This document shows positions 26,880 to 36,212 of a stretch of 64,000 bases of DNA, piece after piece (the first letter of the stretch is position 1; every line of letters begins with the position of its first letter). This DNA comes from Candidatus Acidiferrales bacterium (GTDB lineage: Bacteria > Acidobacteriota > Terriglobia > Acidiferrales > UBA7541): contig DATFSH010000012.1 in the NCBI GenBank assembly GCA_035262725.1, positions 688-64,687 on the forward strand, given 5' to 3'. The translations under genes were made by a program, and so were the position numbers. Under the pieces are notes generated by a model, which was not told the DNA's origin, did no database searches, and was given only the letters and a program-made list of their open reading frames with translations.

Positions 26880-27530
26880 CTAAGGAATGATGATGCGCGA
26901 GGTTTCTTGCTCTGGTGCCGAGGCCGGCAGAGGAAACTTTGCGCGGAGAAAGCCTAGAAACGCGCGCGAGAGAGGCCGGCCGTTGGTTTCCTGTTTTCCG
27001 ACGCGCAGCAGAAACACGAGCAGCTGAAAAATCTCGGAATCTTTCAAAGTCGAGAAGCCGGCGCACGACCATTCTTCTTTCTTGAATTCCTGCAGAAATG
27101 CGGCGAGGCGCCCATAGAGCGCTCGCGGGGTAGGCAAATTAGGCGGCCGCTCGTAATAGATTCCAGTGCCGAGCGTGCGATACGTTTCCGCGAGCGCTTC
27201 GAGAGCCGCAAGGGCTGCGGCATCGTTTAATTCCTTGTTCTCGAAATGGAAACGATGAATCGTGCCGCCAACGCCTGTGACCACGGGCCACTTTTCGTAC
27301 ACGAAATCCACCGGAAATTGGATGTCAGGATAGGGAAATTCCTCTCGCGGAGCCGGCTTGCGGTGCTCGGCTTCGTAGCGGTGAGCGGCGATCAGGTACG
27401 AGCAGTCAACCGGGCAATCGATCGTCACTTCGCGCCCTTCGCCGCAACAGACCGCACAGATCTTTTCCCCCTTTGCGGGGCAGAACCGCTTGGGTGGCCG
27501 CTTTTCACAAATGGTACAGCTCATGCACAC
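26880..27530 (-). CDS. Cys-rich N-terminal (8 Cys in ~40 aa) protein of unknown function
   Basis: 'CTICEKRPPKRFCPAKGEKICAVCCGEGREVTIDCPVDCSYL' is followed by a helical domain of about 170 aa. Clean 216-aa ORF. Confidence 0.55.
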   Translation of the reverse strand: MCMSCTICEKRPPKRFCPAKGEKICAVCCGEGREVTIDCPVDCSYLIAAHRYEAEHRKPAPREEFPYPDIQFPVDFVYEKWPVVTGVGGTIHRFHFENKELNDAAALAALEALAETYRTLGTGIYYERPPNLPTPRALYGRLAAFLQEFKKEEWSCAGFSTLKDSEIFQLLVFLLRVGKQETNGRPLSRAFLGFLRAKFPLPASAPEQETSRIIIP

Positions 27531-27602
27531 TCCTCATGTCGTTAAAAGAACGCGCTCAATGCAAAGGGAGTCCGAATATAAGAAGAACCTAAATCGCTTC
27601 TG

Positions 27603-28253
27603 CTATCTGCTTGCGGCTTGCGGGACGGGACGCGCATCGAGCAGAGCAATTTCCAGTGAAATTGTTTCCACGGTGTGCTCGTCGCCAAATTTCGAATTGA
27701 TCATCAAGTTGTAGAGCGAGCGCAACGGCCACTCCTTGCCGAAATAGTGGCGAATGAACGCGGCTCGTTCGGCGTCCACTTCTTCGACCAGCTGGGCCGC
27801 CTCTTTTTCGGATTTTCCGAGGCTCATGATGCGGCGAATCTTTTCCTCCACCGGCGCGTAAATAAAAACGTGGAACACATCCGGCCGATTACGCAGAATG
27901 TACGGCGCGCCGCGTCCTACGATCACCGAGTTGCCGCGCGAAGCGACATCCTCAACCACCTTATGCAACACGGCGACCATCCGGTCGGCGTCAAACATCT
28001 GCGATTCGCCTTCGAGCGGCAGGGTGCGCTCGTAGCTGCCGCGTGCATAGACTTTGAAGAGCCGGTGAAGCAGAGAATCGCAGCGTTCATCACAGCGGAG
28101 AGCGGCCCGATGGTCCACTTTGGCGACCCGCGCAATTTCCGCGGTGAGCTCTTCGTCCCAAAGCTTCCAGCCCAGCCGCGCCGCGAGACGCTTCGCGATG
28201 TTGGCTCCGCCGCTGCCGTATTCCCGTTCGAGGGTGACGATCCGGATTGGCAT
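27603..28253 (-). CDS. Cytidylate-kinase-like family protein (Cytidylate_kin2-type P-loop)
   Basis: 'IVTLEREYGSGGANIAKRLAARLGW' and 'VIVGRGAPYIL'. It starts 20 nt downstream of emrB-like, so it is probably co-transcribed. Confidence 0.7.
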   Translation of the reverse strand: MPIRIVTLEREYGSGGANIAKRLAARLGWKLWDEELTAEIARVAKVDHRAALRCDERCDSLLHRLFKVYARGSYERTLPLEGESQMFDADRMVAVLHKVVEDVASRGNSVIVGRGAPYILRNRPDVFHVFIYAPVEEKIRRIMSLGKSEKEAAQLVEEVDAERAAFIRHYFGKEWPLRSLYNLMINSKFGDEHTVETISLEIALLDARPVPQAASR

Positions 28254-28273
28254 CCTGAAACCTACGCTACAGG

Positions 28274-29863
28274 TTAGTGTACCGCCATCGGTCCGCCTGG
28301 CTTCACTTTTTTCATCAGGAAGACAAACGGAATCATAGCGAGAACTGCAACGCCGAGGAGTTTGAAATTGTCGATGTAAGCGAGCATGGTGGCCTGCTGG
28401 TTCACAAGATTGGACACCATCCCGTAGGCCTGATGCGTGGCTTCGTAGCTGCTGGAGCCGCGCGAGACAAATAGGTGCGTCATGGCGTTGATCATCGCTT
28501 GCAGGCGGCTGCTTCCATTATTTACGTGGTCCACCAACTGGTTCTGGTGGAATTGTGACCGCCGCTCGAGCATCGTGGTGACAAGCGAAATTCCCACGCT
28601 TCCGCCTATGTTTCGCGCGAGGTTGATCAGACCCGAAGCGGCGTTGTTCTTGTCTTTCGGCAAAAAGGCGTAGGCAACCGTGTTAATCGGAACGAAGAGG
28701 AATGCCAGGCCAAGAGCCTGAAAGCCGCGGGCGATTGCAACGGTCCTAAAATCGATCGACAGGTCGAAACTCGTCATGTGAAAAAGAGACAAGCCGACGA
28801 CAGTGAGTCCAAATAACAAAAGGATCCGAGCGTCGTAGTGGCCGAGCAGATATCCCACAAGCGGCATGGCCAGGATGATGGCGAATCCGCCGGGCATAAG
28901 CGCGAGTCCCGCTTGTTGCGCGGTGTAACCCATGATGGTTTGGAGAAACAGGGGAATCAGAACCGTGCTCGACAGCAGTGCAAATCCAACCATGAACATC
29001 AGCAGGTTTCCAACGGCGAAGGAACGGTCGCGAAAGAGGTGAAGATCAATGATGGGATCCTTGTGGCGCCACTCCCAGATGATTACTGCGATGAGCGCCG
29101 TAACGCTGATCGCCGTCATCGCAGTGATGAAATGCGAACCGAACCAGTCGTCGCGCTGACCTTTATCAAGTACCACCTGCAGCGTGCCGAGGCCGAGCGT
29201 GAGAAGGCTGAGACCGATGTAGTCGATGCGGAACCCGGTCTTTTTCTCGCGCTGCATGTAGGGCGGATCGGAAATCAAACGATTCGTGAGGAACAACGAG
29301 ATGAGTCCTACCGGGATGTTGATGAAGAAAATCCAGCGCCACGAGAAGTTGTCTGTGATCCATCCGCCCAGTGTGGGTCCGATAGCCGGCGCGAACACTA
29401 CCGCCATCCCGTAGACGGCGAACGCCATGCCGCGCTGCTTCGGCGAAAACGTGTCAGCCAGAATCGCCTGTTCGCTGGGCTGCAGTCCGCCGCCGCCTAC
29501 ACCTTGCAGAACGCGGAAGAAAATCAGCGCGCCGAGAGAAGGGGCGAAACCACAGAGGCACGAGCTGACCGTGAACAGCGCGACGCAGGACATGTAAAAA
29601 CGCTTGCGGCCGATCAAGGCGGAAAACCAGCCGCTCATCGGCAACACGATTGCGTTTGAGACGAGATAAGACGTGAGAACCCAGGTGGCTTCATCCTGTC
29701 CGGCGGAAAGACCTCCGGCAATATGCGGCAACGCAACGTTGGCGACGCTCGTGTCCAGCACTTCCATGAACGTCGCGAGCGTAACGGTTAGCGCGATAAT
29801 CCAGGGATTAACTGTGGGCCGCTCAAAGTCGCGCGGTGCCGAAATGGCCGCGCTGACACTCAT
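28274..29863 (-). CDS. emrB: DHA2-family MFS efflux transporter (EmrB/QacA type, 14 TMS)
   Basis: 529 aa. 'FMEVLDTSVANVALPHIAG', 'GWFSALIGRKRFY' and 'LQGVGGGGL'. 4-nt overlap with the emrA-like gene. Confidence 0.88.
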   Translation of the reverse strand: MSVSAAISAPRDFERPTVNPWIIALTVTLATFMEVLDTSVANVALPHIAGGLSAGQDEATWVLTSYLVSNAIVLPMSGWFSALIGRKRFYMSCVALFTVSSCLCGFAPSLGALIFFRVLQGVGGGGLQPSEQAILADTFSPKQRGMAFAVYGMAVVFAPAIGPTLGGWITDNFSWRWIFFINIPVGLISLFLTNRLISDPPYMQREKKTGFRIDYIGLSLLTLGLGTLQVVLDKGQRDDWFGSHFITAMTAISVTALIAVIIWEWRHKDPIIDLHLFRDRSFAVGNLLMFMVGFALLSSTVLIPLFLQTIMGYTAQQAGLALMPGGFAIILAMPLVGYLLGHYDARILLLFGLTVVGLSLFHMTSFDLSIDFRTVAIARGFQALGLAFLFVPINTVAYAFLPKDKNNAASGLINLARNIGGSVGISLVTTMLERRSQFHQNQLVDHVNNGSSRLQAMINAMTHLFVSRGSSSYEATHQAYGMVSNLVNQQATMLAYIDNFKLLGVAVLAMIPFVFLMKKVKPGGPMAVH

Positions 29864-31158
29864 TTCACATAGACCTTGGGTTCAACGGACATGCCCAGCC
29901 GCAAGTAGTGGTCGCTGTTTTCGCCCGGATCGAGCACGATTTTCACCGGCACACGCTGTACCACTTTTACGTAATTTCCAGTGGCGTTTTCCGGAGGAAG
30001 AAGACTCGTGCGCGCGCCGCTTGAGCCGGCGATGCTGTCCACATGCCCTTTGTATTCGCGGCCGTTGGCATCCACCTGAATTTTCGCCTTCTGCCCGGGC
30101 TTCATATACTTCAACTGTGTTTCTTTGAAATTCGCGGTGAACCAGACTTCGTTGAGCGGAACGATGGTGAATAACTGCTGTCCCGGCTGCACGTTCATGC
30201 CGACCTCGGCATTTTTCATCACTACGCCATCCACCGGCGCCATGAGCTTCGTGTACTGCAGATTCAATTCGGCCTGCTCGACCGCCGCTCGCTTTTGCGC
30301 AACGGTGGCAATTGCCGACCGTGCCCGCGCTTGCGACGCTGCCACCTGCTGCGGGCCGGTCTGTGAAGACCGCCAATTGGCTTCTGCCTGCAGTAGCCGT
30401 GCGCGTGCCTGATGAATCTGTTGTTCTGCAGCGGCGGCGGAAGCCGCGGCCGACGCGACGGTAGCAGTGCTGGCCCGCGAGGCGGCCAACGCCTGATCGT
30501 ATTGCTGTTGCGAAACTTCCTGCTTATCAACAAGCTGTTTGTATCGAACCAGATCGTCTTGCGCTTTTACGTCGTTTGCCTGAGCTTCCGCGAGTTGCGC
30601 TTTTGCCGCGTCAGACTGTTGCTGTGCGCCCGCAATACCCGCCTTTGCATTTTCCACGTCCGCTTCGCTGGCGGAGGTTTGGCTCGTCGTACTGATTGAT
30701 GTAATTGGAACGTTGATGCCCAGAGAGGCGGCCTGCGCTTCGGCATCCGCCAGATTCGCGCGCGCTTGGTCCGCTGCCACTTGATAATCCCGCGGATCAA
30801 TTTCCGCCAGTACCGTCCCGACTTTCACATACTGGTTGTCGTCCACATTTACCTTTTGAATGTAACCGGAAATTCGCGTGCTCAGCGGCATCAGGTGACC
30901 ATCCACTTGCGCGTCATCGGTGCTCTCATAGCTCGCGAAATAGCGCCAGGCGAAGAAGCCGCCAATCAAAAGTACGAGCACGGCGCCAATAATGAGCCAT
31001 CGCGTCGCAGGATTTCTGCGAAACCTGTTTCGTGCGGATCCGGAGGGCGGAGGCGCGGCCGAGTGCGTTTCTGACTGCGGCGCACTTTGAGTATTGGGCT
31101 CTTGCGTGACAGGAGGATTCGGCGACGTTTCGACGTCCGTGCGCTGTGCCATGGTCAT
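29860..31158 (-). CDS. emrA: HlyD/EmrA-family periplasmic adaptor
   Basis: TM anchor, 'STDDAQVDGHLMPLSTRISGYI', a long Ala/Gln coiled coil, and 'YTKLMAPVDGVV'. 4-nt overlap with the upstream TolC-like gene. Confidence 0.88.
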   Translation of the reverse strand: MTMAQRTDVETSPNPPVTQEPNTQSAPQSETHSAAPPPSGSARNRFRRNPATRWLIIGAVLVLLIGGFFAWRYFASYESTDDAQVDGHLMPLSTRISGYIQKVNVDDNQYVKVGTVLAEIDPRDYQVAADQARANLADAEAQAASLGINVPITSISTTSQTSASEADVENAKAGIAGAQQQSDAAKAQLAEAQANDVKAQDDLVRYKQLVDKQEVSQQQYDQALAASRASTATVASAAASAAAAEQQIHQARARLLQAEANWRSSQTGPQQVAASQARARSAIATVAQKRAAVEQAELNLQYTKLMAPVDGVVMKNAEVGMNVQPGQQLFTIVPLNEVWFTANFKETQLKYMKPGQKAKIQVDANGREYKGHVDSIAGSSGARTSLLPPENATGNYVKVVQRVPVKIVLDPGENSDHYLRLGMSVEPKVYVK

Positions 31159-32660
31159 TTTCCTTTGAAGTACTCTTTCACGCCCAGTTCCGCCTGTCCG
31201 ACGGCTCGGGCCAGAGAAATCTTGGCGTAGTTGAAATTGTAGAGGCTCGAGATGTACTGCTCGTTCGCGCTGGCCACTGCTTCCTGCGACTGCACCACTT
31301 CCACCGTGTCCGTTACGCCGGCTGCGAAGCGATCGATGGATTGCGTCAGCGTCTCAGCGGCGAGGTCGATGTTGCTTCGCGCCACCGCCACCTGCTCGGC
31401 CGAAGACTGCAAGTTAAAAATGGCCGTGCGTACGTCCGCGTCGATCTGGCCTCGCAAGCTTTCTGCTCGATCGCGGCTTTGCTGAAGCTGCGCGTCCGCC
31501 TGCAGCACGTCTCCATGAACACTGCCGCCCTGAAAGATTGGAATATTCAGCGTGCCGCGTACGTCGAACACGCCGTGATTCGAGGAAGCATGTTGTCCCG
31601 CAACGCCGTAATCAGCCGCGAATGACAAGGAGGGGTAATACTCCGCCGCCGCCGCCTTGCGCGAAAATTCCCTCGCCTTCACGTCCGAAAGCGCCGCTTG
31701 GTAATCAGACCGATTCACATAGGCGCGCGCCAGCGCTTCATCCACCGCGATTCCTTCGAGCGGCGCGTAGGGCGACTTGTCTGTCAAATCGAATTGCTGT
31801 CCCGGCGCAAGTCCAATCACCCTCGCAAGCGTCAGCTTTTGAATCGCGAAGTCGTTCCGCGCTTGAATCAATTGCTGCTGGCGTGTTTGCAGTTCCACTT
31901 TCGCGCGCAACGCATCGATGGCAGGCGATGTTCCCGCGTTGAAACGATCGTTGGCCTGATCGTAGAGCGCCTGTGCCGTTTTCACCTGCGCGGCGGCCGT
32001 CTCGATCCGCGCTTCATCGGCGATGGCCTGCAGGTAATTGAATCCCACCGCCAGAACCACGAGATCGCGCGCATCCTTGTAGCTGTACTCCGCAGATTTC
32101 ACGCTGGCGTTGGCTGACCGCGTTTTATTAATCGCTTTCCAATCGAACAGTTGCTGGTTCAAGAAGGCGCGTGCGTCAAAATATGAAAATGGGCCTACAA
32201 CGCTGGGAACGTTTTGCCCCGGAATATTGAAGCTTAAACCAAATTCCTTCAGGTTTACTTGCGACACGTCTATCAACGGACTCGCTGTCACGTGTGGCAG
32301 CAGCGCGCTCAATTGTTGCCACCGTGTACCGTGCGCCGCCTGCACGTCCTGATTGGAAAGTAGCGCCCCGAGGTTCTGCTTCAAACCTCGCTCAATCGCA
32401 TCCTCAAGCGTGATCGGCAAAACGCCCGGCACGAATTTCCCCGGCACGCTGCCGGAAAAAGTGCTCTGCGCTTGAGGCGCCGCCGGCGATTGCGTCTGGC
32501 TTCCGCTCGACGAATCGCTCGACGAGCCTGATTGCGGCGCCGATGGTCCAGCCTGTGGGCTCGGTAGTCCAGGCGGCGCTAATTGCGCAAACGCGATCCT
32601 TGTGCTGCCAAACACTAAAAAGGCCAGAGCGAAGAACGACTTGAGAAAACGGCTGTTCAC
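31155..32660 (-). CDS. TolC-family outer membrane efflux protein
   Basis: 501 aa, with a signal peptide and two OEP-like repeats ('LTLEDAIERGLKQN', 'LQQSRDRAESLRGQIDADVRTA'). Confidence 0.85.
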   Translation of the reverse strand: MNSRFLKSFFALAFLVFGSTRIAFAQLAPPGLPSPQAGPSAPQSGSSSDSSSGSQTQSPAAPQAQSTFSGSVPGKFVPGVLPITLEDAIERGLKQNLGALLSNQDVQAAHGTRWQQLSALLPHVTASPLIDVSQVNLKEFGLSFNIPGQNVPSVVGPFSYFDARAFLNQQLFDWKAINKTRSANASVKSAEYSYKDARDLVVLAVGFNYLQAIADEARIETAAAQVKTAQALYDQANDRFNAGTSPAIDALRAKVELQTRQQQLIQARNDFAIQKLTLARVIGLAPGQQFDLTDKSPYAPLEGIAVDEALARAYVNRSDYQAALSDVKAREFSRKAAAAEYYPSLSFAADYGVAGQHASSNHGVFDVRGTLNIPIFQGGSVHGDVLQADAQLQQSRDRAESLRGQIDADVRTAIFNLQSSAEQVAVARSNIDLAAETLTQSIDRFAAGVTDTVEVVQSQEAVASANEQYISSLYNFNYAKISLARAVGQAELGVKEYFKGK

Positions 32661-32760
32661 GTGGTGGCCTCCTCCAGATTCCTCACAATAATTGATGAAA
32701 TGCGGAATTCGAAAGACTCAGTGACGCGCCGATAAAATGGCGCTCAGACTCCTGTAAAAC

Positions 32761-33447
32761 TCAATTTCGCTTACGCTCTGTTCCGCTTCGAACCGCGCCG
32801 GCCCGCAAGCTAGGAGCAATCAAATTCCAGGTCTTGCTTGCGGTCGCTTGGAAATGTGTTTCTGGATTTAGCGCCCAAGCCATCGTAAAGCCGATCACCA
32901 CAGTCTGGATCGCCCGCGCCAGTTCAATTGGAGCAGCGTCGGACCGGATTTCTCCTCGTTTCTGGGCCAAAGAAATAATTTCGGCGAGCATCTTGCGACT
33001 GGTGCGCATCCGCTTCTGCAGTTCCGCGCGAACCGGCGCACACGAGGCATGCGCCGCATAAATCGCTCGAAGCACCGCTGGATTTTCGTGAGACTGGCCG
33101 GCCGAATCCGTGGCAAGCTCTCCAAGCACTTCGAGAACGGAGCCGGTCGTTGCGCGGGCCTTTTCGAGCGCTCGCTCCACAGCGGCGATGCGCTCGCCGC
33201 CATACGCAGCAAGCACGTGCTCTTTAGTGGGAAAGTGATTGAAGAACGTTCCCTTCCCCACATCCGCCGCTTCCGTGATGTCCTCTACCGTTGTCTCGAG
33301 GAAACCGCGCTCGCCAAAAAGTTCCAACGCGGCGCGATAAAGCCTTTCCCTGGTTTCGAGACGGCGGCGTTCGCGGCGGTCCGGGCTGGGATGTACTGCA
33401 GGCGCTCTGCGCTCGCGCCGGGTAGGGGATTGGGCATGGGTTCTCAT
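32761..33447 (-). CDS. TetR/AcrR-family transcriptional regulator
   Basis: HTH 'GFLETTVEDITEAADVGKGTFFNHFPTKEHVL'. First gene of the efflux operon. Confidence 0.88.
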   Translation of the reverse strand: MRTHAQSPTRRERRAPAVHPSPDRRERRRLETRERLYRAALELFGERGFLETTVEDITEAADVGKGTFFNHFPTKEHVLAAYGGERIAAVERALEKARATTGSVLEVLGELATDSAGQSHENPAVLRAIYAAHASCAPVRAELQKRMRTSRKMLAEIISLAQKRGEIRSDAAPIELARAIQTVVIGFTMAWALNPETHFQATASKTWNLIAPSLRAGAVRSGTERKRN

Positions 33448-33449
33448 CG

Positions 33450-33491
33450 TGACTTATAATATGACTTTAAGTCAGTAATGAGTAAAAGTCA
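33450..33491. promoter_or_regulatory. Candidate TetR operator / promoter region
   Basis: Perfect 13-nt palindrome TGACTT-T-AAGTCA (33462-33474). Extra half-sites TGACTT (33450-55) and AAGTCA (33486-91) flank it. It begins 3 nt upstream of the tetR start in an AT-rich stretch. Confidence 0.5.
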
Positions 33492-33601
33492 ATCAATGAG
33501 GCTGGGTCACGCCGAAACGTGTGGGGCTGGATAAGCTGAGTAACAACGAAAGCTCCCGCGCCGAAGCGATTCATCTCCGGCGCGAGCCTATTTCGAAAAC
33601 G

Positions 33602-34321
33602 CTACTTCGCGTGATGCGGCGAATGCTTGGTAAGCGTAGCGAGCAATAACTTCGCCGCCAGAGGAGCAGGCACTGCCTTATGCAGCACGATGTCCTTCGC
33701 TTCGATCTTTTTGCCGTAGAGACGCTCGTTCGCGTCATTGTCCGGGCGGAGCGTGGAGCCCTCCAGCGATACGCCGGCAAACAAACCGCGCGAACGCGAA
33801 TACGTCAGCACTTCCGCTCGCAGAGTCACGTCTGTGGCGGCCGCAGCCGTTCGTCCCACCGGCCCTGCAGCTGCAGAGGCATCGGCGCCGAGTTTTACTT
33901 TGCTGCTCAAGATCGCGCCTGCGCCACGCTCGTTCATGATAAGCAGCACGAAGTCAGTAGCCTGTCCGCCGATCTGAAACCCGAAACTGCCGCCTTCGAG
34001 CGCCATCATCGACGGCGCACCCCAGGGACCGCGAAAGTTGTCGCCGGTACGGCAGGACATGACGCCGCGGCCGTAGCTTGCACCCACTATAAACGCCGCC
34101 TTGAGAACGGACGGCAGGACGATCACGCAATCCGCTTTGTTGATCAAATCCTGCGGAATATCATCGGGGATATCCATAATCTCTTTCGCAACTTTGCCAG
34201 CGTTTCGGACGCGGTCAGCTTCTTTTGTGTCGTCGTCCGCAGCGCTAAGCGGCGCTGGATTTACGAAGGAAAGCAGACCTACGAGCGATGCCGCAATGCA
34301 AAGGTGCCATGCTCTTCTCAT
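33602..34321 (-). CDS. SYLF (Ysc84/DUF500) lipid-binding domain protein, secreted
   Basis: Signal peptide, then 'CVIVLPSVLKAAFIVGASYGRGVMSCR', 'GGSFGFQIGGQATDFVLLIM', 'LGADASAAAGPVGR' and 'SRSRGLFAGVSLEGS'. Confidence 0.8.
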   Translation of the reverse strand: MRRAWHLCIAASLVGLLSFVNPAPLSAADDDTKEADRVRNAGKVAKEIMDIPDDIPQDLINKADCVIVLPSVLKAAFIVGASYGRGVMSCRTGDNFRGPWGAPSMMALEGGSFGFQIGGQATDFVLLIMNERGAGAILSSKVKLGADASAAAGPVGRTAAAATDVTLRAEVLTYSRSRGLFAGVSLEGSTLRPDNDANERLYGKKIEAKDIVLHKAVPAPLAAKLLLATLTKHSPHHAK

Positions 34322-34467
34322 CTAACTTCCTCCTCAGGATGGGCGGGCTTGTTTGAATCCGGGCCACTGTTTACCGCAAGAACTATATCAAACGGAAGAG
34401 GAACCGCGAAGATTGGAATATCGGGGATTGGAATATAATTGTCCGCCTTTAAGCCGGTTGAGCCTCA

Positions 34468-36126
34468 ATGAACTTTCCAACGTCGCCGCGTTCCAGTCGC
34501 GCAAGATCTTGCAGCCGCGCGATTACAATTTCTATCGCAACTTTGCTTGTGATGGCTCGGCCGCTGGCCGCGCAAAAGCCGTGCTGCAGTTCGAAGCCAG
34601 GCCACCAAACGAGTTCGAATGCGGACCTCGAGCGCTTTCGTTCGCGTGTAGAAGCACTCCTGAGCGAAGCTCACGCGCGCAAAGCGGATTGGGGCGTTCT
34701 CATCGCCAATCGCGACACCGGCGAAGCGCTCTTCGACTTGAACGCCGATTGCTACTTTACGCCCGCATCGAACGCCAAACTTTTCACCTCGGTCTTCGCG
34801 TTGGCCACCCTCGGTACCGGTTATCATTTTCACACTACTCTCGAAGCATCGGCTCCACTCGGCAGCGACGGGAAACTCCCTGGAGACTTGCTTCTTGTTG
34901 GACGAGGCGATCCCGATCTTTCAAATCGCAAATTTCCATTCCACGGAAAAGTGGAGCACGATGGTTCGTCCGACAAAATTCTAGCCGAACTGGCCGATAC
35001 CGCTGTCGCCAGCGGATTGAAAGAAGTGGACGGCGAGATCGTCACCGACGATCGTTACATCCCCTTCGATCCGTATCCGGCAGGTTGGAGCATCGGCGAT
35101 CTTTTTTTTTCGTTTGGTGCTCCCGTGACCGCTATAGCCTTCAACGACAATTCCGTCACCATCACCATGTCTCCAGGTGTTCACGCCGGAGATCCCGCAG
35201 TGATAGTTCTCGACCCGCCTGACGCTGCCTCAGGATTCACGCAGCAAATCACCACAAGCGCGCCTGGAACCGATCCGCAACTTGCCGTCGTGCGTCAACC
35301 TGGGCCGAACTTTCTGCTCCTCCGCGGATCGGTGCCGATCGGCCACCCGCCCGTCAAGCTCGATCTCGCCATCACCGACCCTGCGGAGACAGCCGCGCGG
35401 ACACTGCGGCATCTGCTCGAAGCTCGTGGCGTGCATATTAAGGGCGAAGTTCGCGTGGAAGAAGCGCCACCGCCGCAAGCGCTAAAGCCCGGCGAAGCGC
35501 CCGTGGTGCTGGCATCCGAATTGAAAAGCGCGGAAGAAAATTCGGCTGCGAATGCGCGCGTACTCGCCGAGCATGTTTCACCGCCGCTTCTCGAAAGCGT
35601 GCGCGTGCTGAATAAAATGAGCCAGAATCTTCACGCCGAACTGCTTCTGCGCACCATAGCGCGCGAAAAAACCGGAATCGGTTCAACGGAAATTGGATTG
35701 AAGCTCGAGCAGGATTTCTTGAAATCCGTGGGCGTGGCCGAAGCTGACGCCGTTCTTACCGACGGTTCTGGTCTCTCCACGAATAACCTCGTGACGCCGC
35801 GAGCCGTCGTCGCCTTGCTCCAGTACGCAATTCGCCAGCCCTGGGGGCCTGATTTTATGGCCACGTTGCCGGTCGCCGGGGTGGACGGAACGCTTGAAGA
35901 CCGTATGAAAGGCACTCCCGCAGCCGGCTTGATTCAAGCAAAAACGGGCGGCCTCGAGCACGTCCATGCGCTTTCCGGCTATGCCACAACGGTTAGCGGC
36001 GAATATCTCGCCTTTTCAATCTTTGTAAATAACGACCCTGAAAAGGGACGCGAAGCAGTTGCGGCCATCGATGCGATCGCCCTCGCAATGGTCGAAACAA
36101 TAGGCGCTCCGAAGAGTCAAAAATAA
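34468..36126 (+). CDS. dacB: D-alanyl-D-alanine carboxypeptidase/endopeptidase (PBP4, peptidase S13)
   Basis: 'FTPASNAKLFT' (SxxK), 'DGSGLS', 'AKTGGLEHVHALSGY' (KTG). Confidence 0.88.
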   Translation: MNFPTSPRSSRARSCSRAITISIATLLVMARPLAAQKPCCSSKPGHQTSSNADLERFRSRVEALLSEAHARKADWGVLIANRDTGEALFDLNADCYFTPASNAKLFTSVFALATLGTGYHFHTTLEASAPLGSDGKLPGDLLLVGRGDPDLSNRKFPFHGKVEHDGSSDKILAELADTAVASGLKEVDGEIVTDDRYIPFDPYPAGWSIGDLFFSFGAPVTAIAFNDNSVTITMSPGVHAGDPAVIVLDPPDAASGFTQQITTSAPGTDPQLAVVRQPGPNFLLLRGSVPIGHPPVKLDLAITDPAETAARTLRHLLEARGVHIKGEVRVEEAPPPQALKPGEAPVVLASELKSAEENSAANARVLAEHVSPPLLESVRVLNKMSQNLHAELLLRTIAREKTGIGSTEIGLKLEQDFLKSVGVAEADAVLTDGSGLSTNNLVTPRAVVALLQYAIRQPWGPDFMATLPVAGVDGTLEDRMKGTPAAGLIQAKTGGLEHVHALSGYATTVSGEYLAFSIFVNNDPEKGREAVAAIDAIALAMVETIGAPKSQK

Positions 36127-36212
36127 AGACGGCAGAATGTCACGCATTTGCTTTCTTGCTCGATTCTCTTTTCCACACAAAACCAAGCTACAATTCCAAT
36201 TTTGAGGCTTCC

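Noticed and set aside
34353-35222. 289-aa ORF overlapping the start of dacB in another frame.
   Set aside because: Its product is Arg/Ser-rich nonsense. The dacB frame carries the SxxK / KTG motifs.
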